Shown: positions 56,491 through 63,939 of the stretch, in pieces | Position numbering within the stretch: position 1 is the first letter of the stretch | Layout: each line of letters begins with the position of its first letter | Origin: a virus | DNA length: 64,000 nucleotides | Virus record (IMG/VR): IMGVR_UViG_3300045747_000058 | Span: 453-64,452 of that record | Reading direction: 5' to 3' (one strand) | Notes under the pieces: model-generated | The model's input: the letters and a program-made list of their open reading frames with translations, nothing else | Databases searched by the model: none | Told to the model about the DNA's origin: nothing | Made by a program: the position numbers and the translations under genes

Positions 56491-56566
56491 GCACGACGCA
56501 ATCGTGGTGAATGGCTGCATCGTTGCAGCCATTTTTCTTTGCATCATCCTGATGGTGCTGCCATGA
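56483..56566 (+). CDS. 27-aa single-TM peptide
   Basis: GGAG RBS. MHKHDAIVVNGCIVAAIFLCIILMVLP*, with an ATGA overlap to the next gene. Confidence 0.55.
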   Translation: MHKHDAIVVNGCIVAAIFLCIILMVLP

Positions 56567-56775
56567 AACTCAGCTACGTGCTTGAGGTGAGTGGCCCCAC
56601 CGTAGGTAATTACGACCGCATCTCGTTTGATTCATTCGAGTCAATGAACGATGCGTTCCGCAATCGTGCTCATGATGGTCTGAACTACACGTTCGAGATC
56701 ATTGAAGACGACTTCTACTGGAGACTGCCTGCGGCCTCCAGTGTCTACCGTCCTGTCGCTGAGACACCTGTCTAG
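56563..56775 (+). CDS. Hypothetical protein
   Basis: 70 aa. Its stop codon overlaps repeat copy 2. Confidence 0.65.
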   Translation: MKLSYVLEVSGPTVGNYDRISFDSFESMNDAFRNRAHDGLNYTFEIIEDDFYWRLPAASSVYRPVAETPV

Positions 56776-56801
56776 CAGCCTTCGCCTTCGGCTCAGTCTG
56801 C
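56774..56801 (+). repeat. 28-bp direct repeat, copy 2
   Basis: Identical to 54859-54886. Confidence 0.95.
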
Positions 56802-56849
56802 TTCATTCCGCTTTCTTTGTCTTTAACCCTTTCCCTTAAGGAGAAACCT

Positions 56850-57119
56850 ATGGCACGTACGTGCATTACCTCAGATGATGGCTCTCTCACCATCAACGGC
56901 TCAGTCATCAGCCCCACGCTCATCCAACTGGTGCGTGTGTTCATGGAGTGCGACCGCAAAGTCCACGCCATCAAGCTGGTGCGTTATGACACCAATCTTG
57001 GCTTGGCTGAAGCCAAAGACTTCGTGGACTTCCTCTACGACGTGCGTGACGGTCAGACACGCATGTACTCCCACACGACGGAAGCGCGTGATCTCGCTTC
57101 CAAGAACCTGCACTACTAG
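56850..57119 (+). CDS. Ribosomal protein bL12 (L7/L12) C-terminal-domain-like protein
   Basis: KVHAIKLVRYDTNLGLAEAKDFVD matches the bL12 CTD consensus KIxxIKxVRxxTGLGLKEAKDLVE. Confidence 0.75.
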   Translation: MARTCITSDDGSLTINGSVISPTLIQLVRVFMECDRKVHAIKLVRYDTNLGLAEAKDFVDFLYDVRDGQTRMYSHTTEARDLASKNLHY

Positions 57120-57131
57120 GAGAAAGAAACC

Positions 57132-57386
57132 ATGGCTAATGCCCAACGTCAACCCAAGATCACCGTGCTGCCCTACATGGGCAAACACCGCGAGAAGCCT
57201 GAGGTCGTAGACGACGAGGTGCTGTTCGATCCGCACGGTCCTATGGGTCAGATGCTTGCAGAAACCACCGAGTGCGTCGGTAGCGACCCGCTAGACGTGT
57301 TGCTCAAGTACGAGTCCTGGCTCAAGAAGCACTTCGACATGACCTTGATCGAAGCTGCCATCTTTGGTGTGAGATCGAAGCTCTAA
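57132..57386 (+). CDS. Hypothetical protein
   Basis: 84 aa, acidic. Confidence 0.7.
   Translation: MANAQRQPKITVLPYMGKHREKPEVVDDEVLFDPHGPMGQMLAETTECVGSDPLDVLLKYESWLKKHFDMTLIEAAIFGVRSKL
57374..57386 (+). promoter_or_regulatory. 13-bp dispersed motif, copy 7 (ATCGAAGCTCTAA)
   Basis: Identical to copy 1 including flanks. Upstream of the 57480 leader. Confidence 0.75.
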
Positions 57387-57479
57387 CACAGATCGTAGCT
57401 AACAGGCGTTTATGAGACGCCTGTTGGATACGCACATTCCGTGTGTATCAACCTGTCTATCAACTTTTGGAGAAATCAA

Positions 57480-58487
57480 ATGAACGAACAAGCTATCGCC
57501 GTCCTGGCCTCTATCCAAGCTGCAACCAACAGCAAGGTCAAAACCGACTTGGCAGAACGCATCGAAGACCGTGTCGACGAGACCGGTATGAACAAGAACG
57601 GAAACATCATCTTTGAAGGACAAATCATGCATCGTGACGAAGTAGCTCAACTCATGGACAAGCGCGAGATCACAGCACGCGCATCCGCACTGTTCGATGT
57701 GCAAGACGTAATCCAAGACCAAGTGGTAGCTAACCACGCGCGCTTGGTCCTGCGTCGCAACATCTTGTGGGCAATCAATGCCCGCATCATCGGCAGTCTC
57801 AGGGACGTGCTCATTGGCATGGGCAAGACTGCGGTCGAGACCGGAAACATTGACAACTGGAACGAGTTCATGTCCGGTATCTCTGCAGCTGAGTCTTCTA
57901 GCCAGTATGCGGAAGACCTTGGCTACGCACACTACGGTAGCCAGATGTCCAAGGCACGTGCACTCATTGACATCGCACAGACATGGACTGACCACGCAGC
58001 CCGTGATGCAAAGGCAGCACGCGAAAAGCTGGACGCGCCTAACCTCATCGAGATGATGGCTAGTCCCCAGGACATGGACACTGCCAAAGCAGACAAGATG
58101 GCAATCGCCGTGCGTCTGCAGATGGAAGACGAGTTCACTGAGGACGAGATCAAAGAGTCTGAACAGTTCGCACGCAAGAAAGCTGTGAACGACCATCTGC
58201 GTCGTCAGGCTCTCAACAAAGAGCAGGCACCGATTTTGGAGAGGCTGTATCACGTGGCTCTTGAAGGCATGACACGGGTTGAGCCTGTTCAGTTCTGGCA
58301 GCTGCCCATTGAGACACAAGCCTCGCTGACTGAGTCGGTTATCCGTTCAGCCAAGAAGCTGCCGGAGCAACTGGCCAAGATGAACAGCGTGGACATCATT
58401 GAGTTGTCTATGGCTGTGCCTCAGCTGAAGCGCTTGGTGAAGAAGCTGGACGCTGTGTTGGAAAGCGATAAGTTCGCGGGTGTGTGA
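57480..58487 (+). CDS. Early alpha-helical hypothetical protein (335 aa)
   Basis: GGAG RBS, strong codon bias, no motif recognised. Confidence 0.82.
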   Translation: MNEQAIAVLASIQAATNSKVKTDLAERIEDRVDETGMNKNGNIIFEGQIMHRDEVAQLMDKREITARASALFDVQDVIQDQVVANHARLVLRRNILWAINARIIGSLRDVLIGMGKTAVETGNIDNWNEFMSGISAAESSSQYAEDLGYAHYGSQMSKARALIDIAQTWTDHAARDAKAAREKLDAPNLIEMMASPQDMDTAKADKMAIAVRLQMEDEFTEDEIKESEQFARKKAVNDHLRRQALNKEQAPILERLYHVALEGMTRVEPVQFWQLPIETQASLTESVIRSAKKLPEQLAKMNSVDIIELSMAVPQLKRLVKKLDAVLESDKFAGV

Positions 58488-58499
58488 ACTGTAGGTTGA

Positions 58500-58531
58500 A
58501 AGAGTGGGAGCTTCGGCTCCTACTCTTTTTT
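58500..58531 (+). terminator. Rho-independent terminator ending the early region
   Basis: AGAGTGGGAGC-TTCG-GCTCCTACTCT-TTTTT. Confidence 0.9.
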
Positions 58532-58615
58532 GTGTGGCGATGAGTGACTGCGTAAAAGTCTGTCTACCCGGTCGAGACTAAAAGACCATCCTTACGGTTT
58601 ATGCTTTCGATCGTC

Positions 58616-58747
58616 CCTACCTCTATAGAGAATAATATTTACTTTCTACTACTAATATACTTTATTTTCTTTATTGATAAGATAAGTTTATAAGTATAAG
58701 AGTATAAGGTATATAGAATTACAGAGGAGAACAGGTCTTTTGATCTG
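58616..58747. repeat. AT-rich element copy B (inverted relative to 18281-18411), candidate origin or promoter
   Basis: Boxes at 58616-27, 58683-708 and 58734-47 are exact reverse complements of the copy A boxes. Lies just upstream of the primase-helicase. Confidence 0.9.
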
Positions 58748-58762
58748 ACCTTACGTCTTTTG

Positions 58763-58775
58763 ATCTAAGCTCTGC
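58763..58775 (+). promoter_or_regulatory. 13-bp dispersed motif, copy 8 (ATCTAAGCTCTGC)
   Basis: Within the inverted repeat GATCTAA-N8-TTAGATC (58762-83), 40 bp before ATG 58815. Confidence 0.6.
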
Positions 58776-58814
58776 TTTAGATCGCATACACTCTACCCCT
58801 TCTGAAAGGCAAAC

Positions 58815-61193
58815 ATGAACGTCGTTTTTCTTCAAGCATCTGAGCCGTTGACCAAACAATATTCGAAAGTCAACGGTGACCTGACAAAGACTCCCTACCC
58901 TATGACGTGGGAGTTCACTTCGCACAAAGAAGTGGTCAACAACCTCCCCCAGTTCGAAGCCCTTCTGATCAAACACTCTGCACGTGGTAACTGCGTGCTC
59001 AAGGGTCTGATCGTTCGCGACCTCGTGAAAGAGTCGCGTGCGGGCAGCACCACTTCCAATGACACCACGGAGTGGTTGGTGTTAGACCTGGACGGATTAC
59101 CTGAGCACATCACCATTCAGACCCCTGGTGGTCAAGCCCTCAGCACCCCAATGACCATTGACTTGTTTCTTGGCGAGATGGGTCTAGCCGACATCTCTTA
59201 CATCGTGCAGTGGTCTGCCTCATACGGTGTGTCTGACAAGAAGATACGCGCGCACGTGTTCATGATGCTCGACCGCGCCTACACCGCACCACTGATTAAG
59301 CAGTGGCTGATCCAGAAGAACCATGAGGTGCCGCTCCTGCGTGACTCCATGGGTCTGACCAAGACTGGCAACTCCTTGCTCTGGCCCTTGGATGTGAGCG
59401 CATGTCAAAACGACAAGTTAATCTACATTGCCCCACCCATCCTCAAGGGCATCAAAGACCCGATGGGCAAGACGCCACGCATCAAGCTGGAGAAACGCAA
59501 GCACGAAGTACTTGCGTTGACCTCGACCATCAACACCACAGATAAAAACAAAAAGCTCACGCACGACCGTGTTAACGAGTTGCGCGACATCGGTGGACTG
59601 CCTAAGCGTAAGTTCACCTACAAAGTCGTCGGCAGTGCTGAGGTCATGCTCAAACCAGATGAAGCCACCATCTCTGAAATGAAAACTGAACGTGGGTTCG
59701 TGTATTTCAACTTGAATGGTGGAGACTCCTGGGCGTACTACCACCCAGAGGATCGCCCGGACTACCTGCACAACTTCAAAGGGGAACCAAGTTACCTCAC
59801 CAAAGAAATTCTCCCCGAGTACTGGGCACAGATCACCTCGTCAGGAAATCTTCGCACGTCAAGTTCGGGCATTACTTACCTGGCTTTTTGTGACCGTAAG
59901 TCTGGGGTGTATTACCGCGGTACCTACGACAATGCTGCTGACCTCTTGGACATCACCCCCGCCAAGAACGAAACACAACTGCGTCACTTTGCGCTCCAGT
60001 ACGGCGTGCCGCTCGGAGATTACATCCCCGAATGGGACCTAGCCTTCGACCCTATGGACAACGTCCGTGTGGACGTGGCTAACAAAACGATCAACAAATT
60101 CGTGCCCAGCTGCTACATGAAGACAGTGGCTAAGAAGGTCACCAAGTGCCCGCCCACTGTCTTCAAAGTCCTTCACCACGCACTAGGCTTGGACGTGGAC
60201 ATCACAGAGCACTTCCTGAACTGGACTGCTTACGTCCTCCAGAAGCGTGACCGTACCAAGACCGCATGGGTCATGCATGGCACCCAAGGCACTGGCAAAG
60301 GAATTCTCACCAATAACATCCTCAGACCCATCTTCGGTGCTCCGCACGTAGCTAGTCGCCGAATGGAGGAACTGGCCGACAAATACAACCAGTTCATGGA
60401 AAACAGCTTACTGGTGTTTGTCGATGAGGTGCAGATCAAGGCCTTACAGAATGAAGGCGGCATCATGGCGAAGCTGAAGAACTTCATCACTGAAGAGAAT
60501 GTACCTATGCGCGCCATGTACAGCAACGCGCAAGAGGCGCGCAATTACACCAACTGGATTTTCATGTCCAACATGGCTGACCCAATCCTGATCGACAAGA
60601 ATGATCGTCGCTTCAACGTAGGCAAATACCAGCCTGACAAACTGGTACTGACTGACAAAGAGTTGGACACCATCGACAAAGAGCTTCAAACATTCCACGA
60701 CTTCCTACTGTCCTATCCCCTGGATGAGCAGAGAGCAGGTGAAGTGATCCATACCACGGACCGCGACACCATGATCTCTATCTCCGAGTCTTCAATTGAT
60801 ACGGTGGCCTCTGCCCTGCTCGAAGGAAACTTTGGATTCTTTGTAGAGCAGCTTCCGACAGACATGGCCTACCAGCGCAACGCCATGATCAATGGAAAGG
60901 TCGAAGATTACCGTGAAGTGTTGATCTCCCTGCTTGGCCGCACAAACTCAGCTGGTGCATGCAACATCGCCCGTGATGAGCTACGCGCCATGTTGGAGTA
61001 TGTGGTGGGGAACATCCCTGTCTCGCCCAACAAGTTCACCTCCATGCTCAAGCACCACCGCGTGCACACAAAAGTAGTGTGGGTGAACAACAAGTCTGTC
61101 AACGGAATCACCGTGCAATGGCAGGACACGAGGAACTTTAGCAAGTACATCGCTGACCACTTCGCACCGAAAGGAAAGGTTAAGACCAAATGA
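58815..61193 (+). CDS. Primase-helicase (N-terminal primase-like domain + SF3/DUF5906 helicase)
   Basis: WLVLDLDG and RAHVF AEP-like motifs. Walker A GTQGTGKG, Walker B VFVDE, motif C IFMSN, DRRFNV. Confidence 0.88.
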   Translation: MNVVFLQASEPLTKQYSKVNGDLTKTPYPMTWEFTSHKEVVNNLPQFEALLIKHSARGNCVLKGLIVRDLVKESRAGSTTSNDTTEWLVLDLDGLPEHITIQTPGGQALSTPMTIDLFLGEMGLADISYIVQWSASYGVSDKKIRAHVFMMLDRAYTAPLIKQWLIQKNHEVPLLRDSMGLTKTGNSLLWPLDVSACQNDKLIYIAPPILKGIKDPMGKTPRIKLEKRKHEVLALTSTINTTDKNKKLTHDRVNELRDIGGLPKRKFTYKVVGSAEVMLKPDEATISEMKTERGFVYFNLNGGDSWAYYHPEDRPDYLHNFKGEPSYLTKEILPEYWAQITSSGNLRTSSSGITYLAFCDRKSGVYYRGTYDNAADLLDITPAKNETQLRHFALQYGVPLGDYIPEWDLAFDPMDNVRVDVANKTINKFVPSCYMKTVAKKVTKCPPTVFKVLHHALGLDVDITEHFLNWTAYVLQKRDRTKTAWVMHGTQGTGKGILTNNILRPIFGAPHVASRRMEELADKYNQFMENSLLVFVDEVQIKALQNEGGIMAKLKNFITEENVPMRAMYSNAQEARNYTNWIFMSNMADPILIDKNDRRFNVGKYQPDKLVLTDKELDTIDKELQTFHDFLLSYPLDEQRAGEVIHTTDRDTMISISESSIDTVASALLEGNFGFFVEQLPTDMAYQRNAMINGKVEDYREVLISLLGRTNSAGACNIARDELRAMLEYVVGNIPVSPNKFTSMLKHHRVHTKVVWVNNKSVNGITVQWQDTRNFSKYIADHFAPKGKVKTK

Positions 61194-61336
61194 AAAAGCT
61201 CAAAGCATTCGTCATAGGCATGGTGGAATTTCGCTCAGACTTCACCATGTACTACACCTCCTATGAACTCAAGATGGCTTACGACCGTGGCCGTGAGTTC
61301 GCTCACAAGATCACACTGAGAAAGTTCGAGCAATGA
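61190..61336 (+). CDS. Small hypothetical protein (48 aa, absent from ORF track)
   Basis: ATGA overlaps at both ends. MKKLKAFVIGMVEFRSDF...YDRGREFAHKITLRKFEQ*. Confidence 0.65.
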   Translation: MKKLKAFVIGMVEFRSDFTMYYTSYELKMAYDRGREFAHKITLRKFEQ

Positions 61337-61521
61337 GCAGCGGACCCGGCAAGCACCTGCGCTTCTTAGAGCGCCGTATGAAGTGGCTCAAAGAACGTGT
61401 AGCGAAATCCACTGATACTGAGTTCACTTTCGACAAATCCGAAATCGCAGCCCTTGAGTGGGCTATCACGAATCTTCAACACACCCGCGTCATCGCACAC
61501 AGAGTAGAGGTAGCCAAATGA
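61333..61521 (+). CDS. Hypothetical protein
   Basis: 62 aa, coupled. Confidence 0.65.
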   Translation: MSSGPGKHLRFLERRMKWLKERVAKSTDTEFTFDKSEIAALEWAITNLQHTRVIAHRVEVAK

Positions 61522-61826
61522 AACAGTACACAGAAGACGAAATCACCGAAGAAGTGCGCCGCATTTACCGGAACATGCATGGAGAATTCAAGCACATGCA
61601 CATCACCGAGCTAATGGTTGAGGTCGCCACCAACACGCCTGAGTCTGTGCGCATCAAGATCAGCGCTATGTACGATGCACCGCCCATGAATACCCAGCTG
61701 CTGTTCCCGATGTGCGAGTTTTTTGAAACGAAGCACATCAACGACGTAGACCGTTGGGACAAAGAAGGCTGTGAAACATGCAACTGGGGCAGTAGCTATG
61801 GCTTCGAGTTGGAAGTGTTGCCGTGA
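61518..61826 (+). CDS. Conserved phage protein (GCETCNWGSSYG motif)
   Basis: GAGG RBS, ATGA overlap. Confidence 0.72.
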   Translation: MKQYTEDEITEEVRRIYRNMHGEFKHMHITELMVEVATNTPESVRIKISAMYDAPPMNTQLLFPMCEFFETKHINDVDRWDKEGCETCNWGSSYGFELEVLP

Positions 61827-62344
61827 GTATCTTCTTCGTCTCTGACACCCACTTTGGGCACGCCAACATCATCGACTACTGCAATCGCCCTTACGTGAAT
61901 GTGGAGGAGATGAACGACGCCATGGTGAGGAACTGGAACGGTGTTGTCAGTCCAAAGGACACCGTCTATCACCTGGGCGACGTGGCCTTCAACAACTACG
62001 AGCACATCGAGCGCTTGAACGGCAAGATCAAGCTCGTTCCTGGCAACCATGACCTGCAACGCGAGAAGAAAGTGTTCTATCTCTTCGATGAGGTGCTGCC
62101 GGAACTGACCTACCTGAAGCTCGACAAGCTGCGCCGCTTCGTGCTCTGCCACTACCCATTAGAGTCGTGGCGTCGTGAGTACACCTACCACCTCCACGGC
62201 CACGCACACGGCACAGCCGGTGTGAAGCACAACCGTTTGGATATGGGTGTGGATGCCACGAAACTGATGCGCCCCGAGCACATCGACGACGTGATGCAGC
62301 GCATGCTGATAAACAACCTGTGGGCACAGGAGAGGAACAAATGA
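61823..62344 (+). CDS. Calcineurin-like metallophosphoesterase
   Basis: SDTHFGH, HLGDV, PGNHD, LCHYP, HGHAH. Confidence 0.93.
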   Translation: MSIFFVSDTHFGHANIIDYCNRPYVNVEEMNDAMVRNWNGVVSPKDTVYHLGDVAFNNYEHIERLNGKIKLVPGNHDLQREKKVFYLFDEVLPELTYLKLDKLRRFVLCHYPLESWRREYTYHLHGHAHGTAGVKHNRLDMGVDATKLMRPEHIDDVMQRMLINNLWAQERNK

Positions 62345-62616
62345 GCCACAAGAGCCTGATCAAGCTGCGTCGGTGTACCTGCTGCCATGAGGACCTGCCT
62401 ACGTCCTCATTCACGCACAACCCCAAGCGTGGCACCTACACACCTACCTACCGCGAGTGCAATGTGTGGCTGACCCTCTTCAGACAGGCGTTCGGCCCTA
62501 CACGCAACATGCGCTATGTACGCCAGTATTCACACGACTACTACCAGCGCATGAAGCGCTCAACAACTGCTGCCAACGACCTGTACGCAGCGTGGGGAAT
62601 AAGGAGCGTCGCATGA
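62341..62616 (+). CDS. Hypothetical protein, possible Zn-binding
   Basis: GGAGAGG RBS, CTCC...C. Confidence 0.65.
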   Translation: MSHKSLIKLRRCTCCHEDLPTSSFTHNPKRGTYTPTYRECNVWLTLFRQAFGPTRNMRYVRQYSHDYYQRMKRSTTAANDLYAAWGIRSVA

Positions 62617-62774
62617 AGCGCATTACCATCCCCGTGGTTGGGAATATTGATGCAATCAAGAGTCAGTTGCGGGAACAGCTTGGAATCGATATGAGCTATT
62701 CGCAGGTGATTGACTTCCTGATTAAGCACTATCGAAACAGTGTGAAACATACAACCGTGTGGAGAGAGAAATGA
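62613..62774 (+). CDS. Small putative ribbon-helix-helix DNA-binding protein
   Basis: MKRITIPV (strand), two helices, MSYSQVIDFLI. Confidence 0.55.
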   Translation: MKRITIPVVGNIDAIKSQLREQLGIDMSYSQVIDFLIKHYRNSVKHTTVWREK

Positions 62775-62977
62775 GCCACACAACTACCCAACTCAACTGG
62801 CATCTGAAATACAAAGAAGTGTATGAAGAACTGCACGACTACAAAGTGGATAACAAACGCCTGCAAGCCGCTGTGCTGACTTTGCGCAGCGACAACATTT
62901 TGATGTCCGAAAAGATCAGTTCGGTACGGACATCGCTATCTGAGATTACCCAACTTTTAACCAAGGAAATGAAATGA
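62771..62977 (+). CDS. Coiled-coil hypothetical protein
   Basis: 68 aa, ATGA overlaps. Confidence 0.65.
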   Translation: MSHTTTQLNWHLKYKEVYEELHDYKVDNKRLQAAVLTLRSDNILMSEKISSVRTSLSEITQLLTKEMK

Positions 62978-63354
62978 ACATTGATCAAATGACTTACGGC
63001 GAACTCCGCCAAATCTCGGCCCTGTTTAACAGCATTCAATCAGTGCCAGCTATTCAGAATACGCAGGCCCATCCGTTTGTTGGGAAGTATGTGATTGCAC
63101 GTTGCTATGCAGCGGGCGTACATGCTGGTGAAGTAGTGAGTGTTGACGGTGAAAACGTCATCTTGAAAGATTCCCGCCGACTTTGGAGTTGGAAAGCTAA
63201 AGACGGAGTGGCACTGTCGGGCGTCGCTCAAACCGGCGTGAAATCCGGATGCAAGATCGACGTAGTGAACCCTGAGATTGCACTGATGGGAGTGTGCGAG
63301 CTTATCCCCGCGTCTGCCGTAGCGAAGGAGTCAATCAATGACTTTAAGAAATAA
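62974..63354 (+). CDS. DUF6948-like protein
   Basis: GKYVIARCYAAGVHAG...LKDSRRLWSW...LSGVAQTG. Confidence 0.8.
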   Translation: MNIDQMTYGELRQISALFNSIQSVPAIQNTQAHPFVGKYVIARCYAAGVHAGEVVSVDGENVILKDSRRLWSWKAKDGVALSGVAQTGVKSGCKIDVVNPEIALMGVCELIPASAVAKESINDFKK

Positions 63355-63601
63355 AACATTTAACACTGGCAACGGCTACGGCTACGGCGACGGCAACGGC
63401 AGCGGCGACAGCAACGGCAGCGGCAGCGGCGACGGCAGCGGCGACAGCAGCGGCAACGGCAACGGCTACGGCGACGGCAACGGCAGCGGCGACAGCAGCG
63501 GCGACAGCAGCGGCGACAGCAGCGGCTACGGCAGCGGCAGCGGCTACGGCAACGGCAGCGGCAACGGCTACGGCAGCGGCGACGGCAACGGAGAGGATTG
63601 A
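63338..63601 (+). CDS. Gly-rich low-complexity repeat protein (G-N/S/D/Y)n
   Basis: AAGGAG RBS. ~37 hexamer units, mostly GGC-(AAC/AGC/GAC/TAC). Confidence 0.72.
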   Translation: MTLRNKTFNTGNGYGYGDGNGSGDSNGSGSGDGSGDSSGNGNGYGDGNGSGDSSGDSSGDSSGYGSGSGYGNGSGNGYGSGDGNGED

Positions 63602-63645
63602 ATAATGACCATTAACCAAGCCCGAGCAGCATTGGGAGAAGTGAA

Positions 63646-63939
63646 ATGACTGAACTAAAAGAACACGACCATCCAGAGCATTGCTGGACATGGACAAGGA
63701 CTGAAGTTGAGTTTATCAACGCAAGAGTGCGTGACTACGGACGCGCAGAGTACCTGCGTGGGCTGGAGCAGGCTGCGAAGGTGTGTGATGACTACGCAGT
63801 TGACAAATGGAACCTTTACAAAGGCCGCCCACCCTACACAGGAAAAGAAGATGGCCGTGCAGACCCACATATTCAAGGAGAAAGCTGTGGTGCTGATGAC
63901 TGTGTAGAAGCTATCCGCGCACTTATGGAGTCAACATGA
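63646..63939 (+). CDS. Hypothetical protein
   Basis: 97 aa. GLEQAAKVCD...CVEAIRAL is a common phage pattern. Confidence 0.7.
   Translation: MTELKEHDHPEHCWTWTRTEVEFINARVRDYGRAEYLRGLEQAAKVCDDYAVDKWNLYKGRPPYTGKEDGRADPHIQGESCGADDCVEAIRALMEST

Noticed and set aside
54859-56801. CRISPR mini-array from the 28-bp repeats
   Set aside because: Only two copies, 1.9 kb apart with genes between them, and no cas genes. The 2226 nuclease is a standard phage PD-(D/E)XK protein.
63338-63601. Ice-nucleation protein
   Set aside because: It has GYGS-like bits but lacks the AGYGSTxTA 8/16/48 periodicity, the length and a membrane anchor.
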